A stretch of DNA of 56,854 bases from a virus (lineage: Duplodnaviria > Caudoviricetes). The notes under the pieces are model-generated. The model was not told the DNA's origin. It saw only the letters and a list, made by a program, of their open reading frames with translations, and did not search any database. The stretch's first letter is position 1; each line of letters starts with the position of its first letter. Below, in pieces: positions 19,935 through 29,006 of this stretch. Location: the IMG/VR virus record IMGVR_UViG_3300045284_000200, positions 1 to 56,854 of that record; one strand, 5' to 3'. Both the position numbers and the translations under genes were made by a program.

Positions 19935-20455
19935 GGCGCAAACCCCCTCAGATTTCCTGACACCTGTGCATTGGTAAACGAACCGTGGAACTTAAGCAAA
20001 TCCCTGTAGGTGGCATTTGTGCTCAAAGCGAAACCGGTGATCTCAATGCCGAATCGTGTATTTGGTGGATAAGCCGGATTGGTAGTAGCAGTTCGATTGC
20101 CTGTAGCATCCTGAATCGTTTCGACTGTGACGTTTTTGCCGTCGATTACATTGGTGTGAACGATGGCAAAGTTTGCCGTGGCAGTGATGCGAACCTCGTT
20201 GGTGGGTCCAAGGGCTATCCAGTCAATAATGAGATTCGTGTTACCGGTTCCGCCAAGTGAAGCGGTATATGGAGGTGCATTTGTCGTTGGCCCGCTGCTT
20301 CCTCCGGAACCAGTTATCACGATGGTTCCACTTGGGGGATTGCTAACAATCGTGACCGTTCCCGCACCAATGAATGACTGATAGCTCGGACTTGCAGCTT
20401 CGGCAGACAAGGCAAACCCAACCCAAAAACATAAGCAAAAAAAGAGATTTTTCAT
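19931..20455 (-). CDS. Exported Thr/Asn-rich protein
   Basis: Signal peptide MKNLFFCLCFWVGFALSAEA; IQDATGNRT motif seen in fibre domains. Confidence 0.6.
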   Translation of the reverse strand: MKNLFFCLCFWVGFALSAEAASPSYQSFIGAGTVTIVSNPPSGTIVITGSGGSSGPTTNAPPYTASLGGTGNTNLIIDWIALGPTNEVRITATANFAIVHTNVIDGKNVTVETIQDATGNRTATTNPAYPPNTRFGIEITGFALSTNATYRDLLKFHGSFTNAQVSGNLRGFAP

Positions 20456-20715
20456 ACCCATGATGCTGAAGCTACGTCCCATTGTTGAAGTGAACCTCCT
20501 CCAGCCGGATAACTCAGCGCAGGTAATGCCGGATTATCTGGAGCTGCTGGCGCCCGACCGATGTAAAGTTGAGATGACCCTGATCCACCCCCACCACCAC
20601 CTGTCGTCGAAATCTGGCACATCAGAGCAGTGTTCACCGCAGGCATCATCCCTGGAGGAATGCAGGTAATGATGCACTTGGCCTGTTCGAGTAGAAGTGT
20701 TGGATCGCAAGCCAT
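20452..20715 (-). CDS. Small CDP-module protein (87 aa)
   Basis: MACDPTLLLEQAKCIITCIPPGMMPAV..ALMCQI followed by a Gly linker. Confidence 0.65.
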   Translation of the reverse strand: MACDPTLLLEQAKCIITCIPPGMMPAVNTALMCQISTTGGGGGGSGSSQLYIGRAPAAPDNPALPALSYPAGGGSLQQWDVASASWV

Positions 20716-20720
20716 GAGGT

Positions 20721-21254
20721 CTAGTTGTTGATGATCGCCACGACCGTTATGGAAACCCAGGCTGAAACGCAAACTCCATTCACTGATCGCACTTGAATTT
20801 CGATGCTATCTCCGTTCGCGGCTCCCGTGATAACGATCACCGTTCCAGTGCTATTTACTGGCAAGGAAACCGGTGATGTAAACCCTCCGCCTTGAGTGAT
20901 GTTTTGATAGCGGATCTGGTACGCAGTCTCGTTCGTGGCATTGTCAGTCCAAGATACCGTGGTTTCTGGGGCCGGAGCGGTAGCCCCAAGTCCAGTTGGA
21001 GCGGCCGGGGTTGAACACCCTCCGCTTGCTATGTCGCAAAGGAGCGCTGCTTTAACCGCCGGCATCATTCCATACGGAATGCAGGATCGGATGCAACTGG
21101 CCTGAGCCACCAAGGTCTGAGGATCGCACGCCAACACCGTTCTGTCACGCCACGCACATAGCAGCACGATTTCCACCGCCGGGAACAAATCACCGGTCAG
21201 CAAACATTGATAGCACCTGGCTTGTGCAAGCAGAGTGTTTGGGTCACAGGCCAT
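20721..21254 (-). CDS. Tandem CDP-module plus FN3 protein (candidate capsid decoration)
   Basis: Two CDP modules, then PAAPTGL...VSWTDNATNETAYQI...QVRSVN FN3 domain. Confidence 0.7.
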   Translation of the reverse strand: MACDPNTLLAQARCYQCLLTGDLFPAVEIVLLCAWRDRTVLACDPQTLVAQASCIRSCIPYGMMPAVKAALLCDIASGGCSTPAAPTGLGATAPAPETTVSWTDNATNETAYQIRYQNITQGGGFTSPVSLPVNSTGTVIVITGAANGDSIEIQVRSVNGVCVSAWVSITVVAIINN

Positions 21255-21580
21255 TAAGCGTAGGCTTCATCCTCGGCTGGTGCCGATTCCGATTCGCTCT
21301 CGTTCTTGGACTCGGATTCCTCTTTACCATCCTTGTCGTCTTTGTCTCCGTAAACGCATTTGATGCTTACTTCCCCCTCGTAAACGGAAACAACTTCTAC
21401 CATCTCACGATCCCCTGGCTTTGGCTCATCCTTGAAGAAGTGCTTCGGAACGAGCGACAATTGATCCTCAGTTTCTTCGCTCTTGTTGTCGTCTTTGGTG
21501 TCGTTGCTGCCGTTAGCCACGGACGCATCCTCGGAAGTCGGAGGCGAAGCCTCGTCGTCATACATATTCTCGTCAGCCAT
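21254..21580 (-). CDS. Highly acidic hypothetical protein (108 aa)
   Basis: Likely start MADENMYDDE; D/E-rich; immediately downstream of the capsid gene. Confidence 0.65.
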   Translation of the reverse strand: MADENMYDDEASPPTSEDASVANGSNDTKDDNKSEETEDQLSLVPKHFFKDEPKPGDREMVEVVSVYEGEVSIKCVYGDKDDKDGKEESESKNESESESAPAEDEAYA

Positions 21581-21594
21581 AATGAGCCTTTCGA

Positions 21595-21632
21595 TAAGAA
21601 AGGGCTTGCCCGCCCCACGACAGGCAAGCCCT
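21595..21632 (-). terminator. Rho-independent terminator after the major capsid gene
   Basis: AGGGCTTGCC/GGCAAGCCCT 10-bp stem followed by a T-rich tract on the minus strand. Confidence 0.7.
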
Positions 21633-21657
21633 AACCATTGCCGCCAACCAAGAGTGA

Positions 21658-23010
21658 TTACGGGCAGAGCGGATTGCAACTGCCGTAAGTCTGAGTCGGA
21701 TACCCAGGATCAACACTGCAATTGCTGATTTCCGGCACACAGAACGGTTCGCCGCGGTGGAAGAACACGTTGATGAACTCGGTGTAGAGGGGTCGAATCG
21801 CGAGTTTGAAGTCCGCGATGAACTGACCTTTGTTGCGCCGCTTGTTCTCGACCACGCAGCCGTTCTCGCCAGCCCCGAGGTTGTCCATCACGAACTGCCA
21901 TTTGCCGCCGAAGTTGCGCGAGCTAAACGGCATCTCGGGATTCACCGGCTGGGCATCCATCACCAGAGCCTCAAGACCCTTCTTGTGCCAGATGTAGGTG
22001 ATGCGGAACTGGGCCCGGTCGAAGTCCGGGTTTTCCACAGAACCCAACCCGGGTGCGCCGCCCGCGCCGCTCGTGATCTGGTTCACGTAGGGCAACACCA
22101 CTTGGTAGCGGTAGCGATTCACGCCGACCCCTGCGCCAAGATCGCGCACGAAGTTGAACCGCAGCCCCATCGGGTCCGTTCGGACCATGAAGTTGCCGAT
22201 CTGGCCGGAGAACCCGTAGCGCCAGTAGGCATTGGCCGAATCCCACTGCGTAAAACGCCAGTTGCCGCTCACCGATGGAACGCCACCAACGCCGGTCGAA
22301 CCTCCGAGCTTGTCGAGTTCCCAGGCTGTCGAGATGTCCGTCACAAGCTCGATATACGGCGCCGTTTCCTTGAACGGGTTCTTTCCACCATACCCCCGGC
22401 GCATCAGGGGCTCGAAACGGCTCTGCAACATCTGCGGAACCAGTTTGAACACCGTCGCCGGATTGGCCGAGGTGTCGAAGAAGATTTCCTCGTCGCCCAC
22501 CACCGTCCAAACGAACGTGAACTCGGTCATCGTCCGGTTGGCGATGAACTTCTTGTCCGCGAACTGGAGCGCACGCTTGCGCAGGAAGTTCGACATGATG
22601 TCCGTTGTCGCCGGGCGAAGGATGTCCGAGATGATCTGGCGGAAATGTTCCTGTGCCTTGACGACGTGCATCTCCTGGTCGAAGCACAAAAGCGGCGTCT
22701 GCCAGCTTTGCTCTTCGAGGTAGTAGGTGATGCGCGTCGCACCCCACCCGATGCAGTGCTCGGTCTTGTCGCACGGCGTACCCACGCAATTCGCGTAGGT
22801 GGTGCGATTCCAGACCTTCGTGGTGTTCGGGAAGACGTGGCGGAACCGATCCAGCGTATGCTCGACCCCGGAGAACGCATCGAACGTGCCGGTGGCAACG
22901 TTGAGCACCCACGAGTCGGTGGGACGGATGTCGGAGAGGATTAATTTGTCGTATACAGGTTGTTGGTCTACAAGGTATTGCGCGAATTTCGTGCAGCTTA
23001 TCGTTGCCAT
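21658..23010 (-). CDS. Major capsid protein
   Basis: 450 aa; portal-scaffold-capsid order; strong GC3 codon bias; own promoter upstream and terminator downstream. Confidence 0.8.
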   Translation of the reverse strand: MATISCTKFAQYLVDQQPVYDKLILSDIRPTDSWVLNVATGTFDAFSGVEHTLDRFRHVFPNTTKVWNRTTYANCVGTPCDKTEHCIGWGATRITYYLEEQSWQTPLLCFDQEMHVVKAQEHFRQIISDILRPATTDIMSNFLRKRALQFADKKFIANRTMTEFTFVWTVVGDEEIFFDTSANPATVFKLVPQMLQSRFEPLMRRGYGGKNPFKETAPYIELVTDISTAWELDKLGGSTGVGGVPSVSGNWRFTQWDSANAYWRYGFSGQIGNFMVRTDPMGLRFNFVRDLGAGVGVNRYRYQVVLPYVNQITSGAGGAPGLGSVENPDFDRAQFRITYIWHKKGLEALVMDAQPVNPEMPFSSRNFGGKWQFVMDNLGAGENGCVVENKRRNKGQFIADFKLAIRPLYTEFINVFFHRGEPFCVPEISNCSVDPGYPTQTYGSCNPLCP

Positions 23011-23249
23011 AAAATCATCGTTTCAAGTTCCAGAAATCCTCGCAAACGGCAACATGCCTGAATGCAGTGTGACTGGGGTGATGTCTTGAAGCTGGCTATT
23101 GCTACGAGTTGATCGCCTCAACTCTCAGGTTTTTAAGCCCGTCGTCTGCGTATAGCAGACAGCCAATACCAAGCCGACTGGGAGATTATGTCAGACCAAC
23201 GGCTATGCTGACAATTCGATGAAGTAGTGTGCGGTGGGACTGCTGTCAA
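23011..23249 (-). promoter_or_regulatory. Capsid promoter (TTGACA at 23244-23249) and structured 5' leader
   Basis: Perfect -35 hexamer; several hairpins in a ~200-nt ORF-free leader. Confidence 0.55.
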
Positions 23250-23846
23250 CTAAAGATTTGTCCAAGTGCGACGATTGACTATGGAATTTATGGTGCTTGT
23301 GGACACTCCAAAGCGCGTAGCTAGATCAGAATACCTGCACTTCCAAGGAGTGAACGAACTCCGAATCTCGATGACATCTGACTCTGAAAGCTTCCTTCTG
23401 CCGTTCAGTTCTCCGACGTGAGAACCCGATCTGCCTTTCAAGTGACGGTCGCGATTGTTATCGCCCTTGGTTCCAAGGAATAAGTGGTCAGGCCGAACAC
23501 AGCGGGTGTTGTCGCATTTGTGAAGCGCAAACAGTCCATCTGGAATAGGCCCATTGTGAAGTTCCCACGATACTCGGTGCGCCGAACGGAACCTTCGGTT
23601 GCCGATTGAAATTCGACCGTAGCCTTCACGACACCAGCCAATCCACTCCCAGCATCCATCGCTCTTTGAAACCTTGTCCCAGAACCGATCAGCTAATGGA
23701 CGCACCTGAGCGGGAGACGGCTGATACGACCGTCTCCACCATTTTCGTTGCGTTGCACGTTGGCACTCCCGGCAATAACTTTTGTTGTAGGGAAGTCGTT
23801 CGTTTACGCCACACCGACTGCATAATATGGGATTTGGTTCGCTCAT
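23250..23846 (-). CDS. HNH homing endonuclease
   Basis: RFWDKV...CWEWIG...GYG...AHRVSW...LHKCDNTRCVRPDHL..GT..DN..D plus C-terminal HTH. Confidence 0.92.
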   Translation of the reverse strand: MSEPNPILCSRCGVNERLPYNKSYCRECQRATQRKWWRRSYQPSPAQVRPLADRFWDKVSKSDGCWEWIGWCREGYGRISIGNRRFRSAHRVSWELHNGPIPDGLFALHKCDNTRCVRPDHLFLGTKGDNNRDRHLKGRSGSHVGELNGRRKLSESDVIEIRSSFTPWKCRYSDLATRFGVSTSTINSIVNRRTWTNL

Positions 23847-23910
23847 TGTGGATGAGCGACATCATGGCAGTTCCTTAATTAAATACAAGCCTTTACGGTG
23901 AAATTGAGGC

Positions 23911-24228
23911 TCACTTGTTCCTTCCGCAAAGCCCCATTAAATAAGCAACAGCAATCTCCGCAGGAACGAGCATGTTAATTGTCCAGTCAGTGCCGTCTCG
24001 ATAGAAGTTCATGCACTGATACTCTAAGTGGTCTTCGCAAATAGGGTTCAGAATTTCGTACCGCCAAATCTGTTTAGTCCTGAACCATTTCGTCACGTAG
24101 AAAGCACGCTCTAAAACAACCCATTCAATTCCGGTAGCTTTACGGGCATTAGCCAGCCATTCGGCAACGTGCTTGTTTTGAATCGGTTGATTCTTCTCCG
24201 ACTCCCTTATCCAAGTGCAGCAGGACAT
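23911..24228 (-). CDS. Hypothetical protein (105 aa)
   Basis: ORF directly after the scaffold stop; lower GC. Confidence 0.5.
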   Translation of the reverse strand: MSCCTWIRESEKNQPIQNKHVAEWLANARKATGIEWVVLERAFYVTKWFRTKQIWRYEILNPICEDHLEYQCMNFYRDGTDWTINMLVPAEIAVAYLMGLCGRNK

Positions 24229-24230
24229 AT

Positions 24231-25595
24231 CTAGGTGACGTAGTTCGCACTCGCCAATCTTCCCATCGCGTTGGCCATCTCGTCACCGCCACCATGCTCT
24301 CCGTTTGACTCTGATTTCGGTCCTCCGCCAGTCGGTTCTGATGCCTGAAACTCGGCGATGGCCTTCTCCAGTTCAGCGACCTTTGAACGCAAAGCCGTAT
24401 TTTCGTGCTTCAACGTCGAGAAACCGATTGCCCTGTTTCTCAGTGCCGCGTGGGCTTTGATGATCTTGTCCCGCTCCTCGGCTGTCTTGGCCTGACCGAT
24501 GTTCGATTTGAGCGTTTCATCGACGAACTTCTGAGCCTTCTCCAGCTTCTCGTTGCGCTCCGTCTCACCTTCGACGGGTCGAAGATACTCATACTTCTCG
24601 ATAGCTTCGGCGTTAACCTGTGCCCAGACCTTGGCCGTCTCCTCAGAGCGTGCCTTCTGCTTGGTCTCCATCTCGGCGGTGCGCTGTTGGTCGCGTTCAC
24701 CTCCACGGGTCTTGGAATCTTCCAGCGCCTTGGTCTGTTTGTCGGACAAGTCCCGGATGGTGCGGCGATGAGCCATCACATCGTCAGCGGAGTCACCGAA
24801 CCACGCCTTGGCCGTCGCCCTGGCTTGGCCCAGCGGCATATTTGACAGGGCGATCAAATCCTGGGCAGTGGCAGCTCGGGAAGTTCCATCATCGTTGGTA
24901 ATGACGAGTTCCTTCAGATCGGCAATAGCGTTAATCCACGCCTCCTCGTAGGGCTTTTGGTACTGCTCTGCGAACTCCTTGGATTTGGAATAGTTGACGT
25001 GCCGGATCTCGTCTTCAAGTTCCTTGTTCCTGGCTTCGATTGCAGCGAACTTCTCCTGATGTTCCTTGGGCAGTTCGCCCGGCTTAATCGAGGAGCGCAA
25101 TTGAGCAATTTCCTGCTGCAACGCGGAGTTGGTCTTCTTGTAAGACTCGACGAGTTTCCACGGCGAAGTTTTGCCCGGCTTCTCTGCGGTGGGTTCAGCC
25201 GGTTTTCCGTCAGGCCCAAGTTTCTCTTCGGGCTTGGCTTCTTCGCCGGGCTTTGTATCGCCCTCCAAAGTGGCTTCTGGCTCTTCAGCGTCGCCGGGTT
25301 TGGGCTGTGTCTTGCCGGCTGGTTTTGGTGGAGATTTCGGAGCACCTGGCGGCTTTGGTTCTTCAGCGTCCGGGTCCGCGAATCGCTCCATGTCGGCGTT
25401 GGCCTGATCAAACGGGTTTACCACCTTGGCTGCTGGCACCGATGCAGCGGATGTTGGCTTACTTGGAGGTGTGGCCGGTTTGCTTGGAGATGTTGCCGCC
25501 TTAGTGGGAGGAGCGGCAGGTGCCTTTGCGGCTGGCGCGGCGTTTGGTGAGGGTGCGGGTGCGGTGGTTGGTGGGACGGCGGCTTCGGTTGGCAT
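24231..25595 (-). CDS. Capsid scaffolding protein
   Basis: P/A/K/E-rich disordered N-terminus plus coiled coil, between portal and capsid. Confidence 0.75.
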   Translation of the reverse strand: MPTEAAVPPTTAPAPSPNAAPAAKAPAAPPTKAATSPSKPATPPSKPTSAASVPAAKVVNPFDQANADMERFADPDAEEPKPPGAPKSPPKPAGKTQPKPGDAEEPEATLEGDTKPGEEAKPEEKLGPDGKPAEPTAEKPGKTSPWKLVESYKKTNSALQQEIAQLRSSIKPGELPKEHQEKFAAIEARNKELEDEIRHVNYSKSKEFAEQYQKPYEEAWINAIADLKELVITNDDGTSRAATAQDLIALSNMPLGQARATAKAWFGDSADDVMAHRRTIRDLSDKQTKALEDSKTRGGERDQQRTAEMETKQKARSEETAKVWAQVNAEAIEKYEYLRPVEGETERNEKLEKAQKFVDETLKSNIGQAKTAEERDKIIKAHAALRNRAIGFSTLKHENTALRSKVAELEKAIAEFQASEPTGGGPKSESNGEHGGGDEMANAMGRLASANYVT

Positions 25596-25598
25596 GGT

Positions 25599-25877
25599 CT
25601 ATTTGGCTCCGTGGTTGAGGTTGGTTGGCTGTGGCGTTGGTGGTGTTTTTGGCATCTCGGCTACGTTTAGAAGACGGTTTATGAAATCAATGGCACCTTC
25701 AATACGATGGCAATTGGCGGCGGCTATTTCTGGATCAGATACAGAAGTAAACGACGTTACATAATCGACCAGTGCAGCATGGAGAGCTTCCCGAAACGGC
25801 GTCGAAAGGACCAGATCGCGATGGGCACCAGCGAACTGCTTCTTTTCCTGAAAATCCTTCTTGGGTGTGAGGTTCAT
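25599..25877 (-). CDS. Small head-assembly protein
   Basis: Typical small helical gene between portal and scaffold; ATGA overlap with portal. Confidence 0.55.
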   Translation of the reverse strand: MNLTPKKDFQEKKQFAGAHRDLVLSTPFREALHAALVDYVTSFTSVSDPEIAAANCHRIEGAIDFINRLLNVAEMPKTPPTPQPTNLNHGAK

Positions 25878-28207
25878 TCAGTCGTGGTTTCCGATTCGTG
25901 TTTGGCCTTTGCGCGTCCACGACGAATCTCCGCAGCCGTCTTTACGTCTTGGGCTTGGATTTCAGCCTGAGTGAACTGCGCTTCCTGAGCCATCTCAAGC
26001 TGATGCTGTTCCTGCTTTCGTTTCTCTTCCATTTCCCACTGAACTTGGCGCTGTGACGTCCTCTGGGCGTGAGATTCGGTGGCGTTCTTGGCCTTCACGG
26101 CCGCGTTCATTTCGATGCCCTTGATCTTCGCGACATCCTCCGGGGTGGGACCACCGTTCCCGTTTTGCTGTGCCGCCGCCTTCATCTGCTGCTGCAACCT
26201 TTGGGCGAACGCCTTCACCAGATTCATGATCTGGCCAAGTGCATCGGAATACTTCCGAACCCGCTCCTGATTGCCCTTGTCCTGCGAGATGATCTGGATC
26301 TGTTCCCCGATGGTCTGGCCAACGGTCTGCAACCCGACCAATTGTTCCGGTTTGGCCATGCCGCCAGTCTTCTGAATGCGCCCGACAATCATCGCCATCT
26401 CGGCCAGCAACACCTCGGTCACTTCCACCCGGTTGTCGGTCACTCCGAACTTCACCGGCAGGCCAAGCATCAGCGACCCCATTGCCACCATCGCCTTTTG
26501 CTTCGAGTCAGTGAGCTTGTCTGGTTCCTCTGGGACAAGACTCTTCGTAAGCCCAGGATCGTCGGTAGCCGACAGGGTGCTGATGCGGAGAATCTCACGC
26601 TGACTCTGTGGGTCGTAGAGCGGACGCCATTCCATGAGTTGTTGGGCGATGGCCATCTCCATCGTCTTGTTGCCGCTGCCCATCACTCGTTCCGGCTCCA
26701 GTTCCCATGCCTCTGGCACCAGCAACTTCTCTGGCACCCCAGCCTTCAGACAGTTGATACGAAACGTCCGTACATCCACATCTCTGGAATTCTTAATGCA
26801 GAACCTTCGGAATATCTCTTCGTACTCGAAGGTCTGGTACTGATACGCCTGAAGAAGAGCCGACGAGATGAGCGCCGTGGTCGCGTTAAGTTCGGCCCGA
26901 ACTTGGAACGCGGTCTTTTCGACATCTGGATTGGTCTTCCCTTGGCTCTGAACATAGGAGGATGAATTCTGGTTGATGATTAGCTGATTTTGATTCAGTC
27001 CAAGCTCGGCGAGTTGAGCATTATACTGCATCCGCTCTGCTGCCGGAAGGAACTGTACTGTCTCGTCGATGATACCTCTGCTGATAAGATTGATCTTCAG
27101 CGCACGTTCCGCGTCGTCCATCGACTTCACCCGCATGAACATCATCAAACTCTCAAACACAGCCTCACTGAACTTACAGCGAAGACGATTTTGCAGGTGA
27201 CACACTGCGTAGAGTAGGAATCCCAAGGAACGAACAGAGTGGTAACGAAACGGAGCGACAGCGGACAAGTCAGCGAACTGGAAATTGATAATCTCCGACA
27301 TCTTAGACCCGTACTTTCGAGTGCCGGGGTCGTAGAGAAATCCATCAGTGACGCCAGTCGTTTTCTTCGTGGGCATCACTCCACCGACTCCAGGCTGTCC
27401 ATAGGCATCGACGATGATTCGACGGTTCCAGCCTGATACCTTCTTATCATCGTTGAACCAGTAGAAGTCATAAGTGTCGATTGTTGGAACGGCATCGGAG
27501 GCGAACAATCCGCTATCGTCCTTCATCCGGCTTTCCATCTTCTCAGGGGACCATACCTGTGGCCATGTCGTTCCTGATAATGCTGCGCTTTCCGTGTCGC
27601 ACCACTTCAAGAGCGATTCCACCACGGGCATGTTCCAAGCAGGATCAACCTTCGGGCCGTGTGTAAGTCGATGAAGCTCGTAGGCAGTGTAAGATCGAAA
27701 GATGGCGAAGAACGGCAGGTTCTTCATGGTCAACAAGGTGTTCGCCGGGATCATCACGTCCTCAATCCCAATCGCATCCGGGCACCACATCTGCGACGTT
27801 TCCCACGCTGAAGGACCAATCCCGTGCAAACAGAGCATCGCGAACTTCGAGCGCAACGTCTCGAAATAGAGCGGCGACTGCTTCATGATCTTGTTGATTT
27901 CTCGGCTGACAATGCTGCCGTACTTCTGCCGCTTGTGAACCGGCCCCATGTTAGTCCGGGCAGTGAAGAACGCGCCGGGTTTCTGAAACGCATTACTGAA
28001 TTGCGAACGAGCGTCGTGAGCCAGCTTGGTTCCTTCGAGCGAGTTTACGTTGATCGCGATGTTGTTCTCCGTCTCTTCTTGGTCACTGTAGGGAGGACTC
28101 CCGTTGAACAACGAATCGATCCGTGCGCGATTTAGTGAGCGAGGATAATCTGCCAAGCGCAATTGGTAGCAGAGACTTTCTATTACGGGGGCTGTCGAAA
28201 AATTCAT
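25874..28207 (-). CDS. Portal protein
   Basis: 777 aa; EKTAFQV motif; Q-rich C-terminal coiled coil (P22-like barrel); upstream of scaffold and capsid. Confidence 0.8.
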   Translation of the reverse strand: MNFSTAPVIESLCYQLRLADYPRSLNRARIDSLFNGSPPYSDQEETENNIAINVNSLEGTKLAHDARSQFSNAFQKPGAFFTARTNMGPVHKRQKYGSIVSREINKIMKQSPLYFETLRSKFAMLCLHGIGPSAWETSQMWCPDAIGIEDVMIPANTLLTMKNLPFFAIFRSYTAYELHRLTHGPKVDPAWNMPVVESLLKWCDTESAALSGTTWPQVWSPEKMESRMKDDSGLFASDAVPTIDTYDFYWFNDDKKVSGWNRRIIVDAYGQPGVGGVMPTKKTTGVTDGFLYDPGTRKYGSKMSEIINFQFADLSAVAPFRYHSVRSLGFLLYAVCHLQNRLRCKFSEAVFESLMMFMRVKSMDDAERALKINLISRGIIDETVQFLPAAERMQYNAQLAELGLNQNQLIINQNSSSYVQSQGKTNPDVEKTAFQVRAELNATTALISSALLQAYQYQTFEYEEIFRRFCIKNSRDVDVRTFRINCLKAGVPEKLLVPEAWELEPERVMGSGNKTMEMAIAQQLMEWRPLYDPQSQREILRISTLSATDDPGLTKSLVPEEPDKLTDSKQKAMVAMGSLMLGLPVKFGVTDNRVEVTEVLLAEMAMIVGRIQKTGGMAKPEQLVGLQTVGQTIGEQIQIISQDKGNQERVRKYSDALGQIMNLVKAFAQRLQQQMKAAAQQNGNGGPTPEDVAKIKGIEMNAAVKAKNATESHAQRTSQRQVQWEMEEKRKQEQHQLEMAQEAQFTQAEIQAQDVKTAAEIRRGRAKAKHESETTTE

Positions 28208-28220
28208 TCCACTTCGGAGG

Positions 28221-29006
28221 CTATGCCTGTGTTTGGGCTACGTCAACGCTGCTCGGAATGTCGTCATCGCCGTCCCATGCGTCTTTTCCACCAAAACATG
28301 AGCACTGCTGCTTGCGGTCTAGCGCTGCCATGAAATCGTCTTGGAGCGCACGATTCTCGATTGCTTCTGCACTGATACTCAGTATGGAGTGGCCTTTCCG
28401 TTTTTCTATGGCCTTCCATTCCGCCCATTGCGCTGGGTAATGGGCCATGACCTTTTCAGCTTGTGCGATTCTTTGATTCGGGCAGAAGAAGCAGTCGAAT
28501 CGCCCCATCTTCCGATACATTTCTATCAAGATTTTGAATCCAGCCTTCTCGCAAACCTTTACGCTCTCTGCCCTATCCACGTTGAGTGATTGCAGCGGAA
28601 AGATGTATTTTCGGTCTGGCTTGTCGTTGCGCTCGCAGAAATCATGGCCTCGCTGTTCCTCATCAGCGTTGTATCCAAGGGCGATACGTTGAGGCTTGGG
28701 TTGGCTGTTTGCGTAATCACGCAGAGCCTTTCGTTTCATACGGCGCGAGCAGTCGGTGTATCCTTGGCGGAGCATTCCACCTCTCTCGAAAAGGAACTCG
28801 TCGAACGTCATGCTTGGCTGGAGTCTAATTACAGTCAATCCGCAGATGGTTTCGATTTGCGAGATTGAGTCATACATTTCCGGGAATTGCTTCCCAGTAT
28901 CAGCCCAGATGACGTGCGCCGATGTGCTACGGATTTCTTCACGACAAAGGTAGATCATCGCTGCGCTCTCCATTCCACCTGAAAAGCTGTAAATGTCGGT
29001 TGTCAT
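28221..29006 (-). CDS. PAPS reductase / adenine nucleotide alpha-hydrolase family protein
   Basis: PP-loop SFSGGMES, ADTG..FPE, CSRRMK, GYNADE..R, FPL, RFDCFFCP. Confidence 0.85.
   Translation of the reverse strand: MTTDIYSFSGGMESAAMIYLCREEIRSTSAHVIWADTGKQFPEMYDSISQIETICGLTVIRLQPSMTFDEFLFERGGMLRQGYTDCSRRMKRKALRDYANSQPKPQRIALGYNADEEQRGHDFCERNDKPDRKYIFPLQSLNVDRAESVKVCEKAGFKILIEMYRKMGRFDCFFCPNQRIAQAEKVMAHYPAQWAEWKAIEKRKGHSILSISAEAIENRALQDDFMAALDRKQQCSCFGGKDAWDGDDDIPSSVDVAQTQA

Noticed and set aside
21757-22944. 395-aa plus-strand ORF and 313-aa alternative-frame ORF over the capsid gene
   Set aside because: Shadow frames produced by strong GC3 codon bias; no protein-like motifs
23090-23175. 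tRNA-Leu(UAA) suggested by the CTTAAAA loop in a cloverleaf
   Set aside because: No TTC T-loop, no D-loop GG and wrong arm lengths; kept only as a structured leader
26069-26965. 298-aa plus-strand ORF, and similar antisense ORFs over the scaffold, glycosyltransferase and recombinase genes
   Set aside because: Antisense to well-supported genes, with composition typical of reverse-frame artefacts
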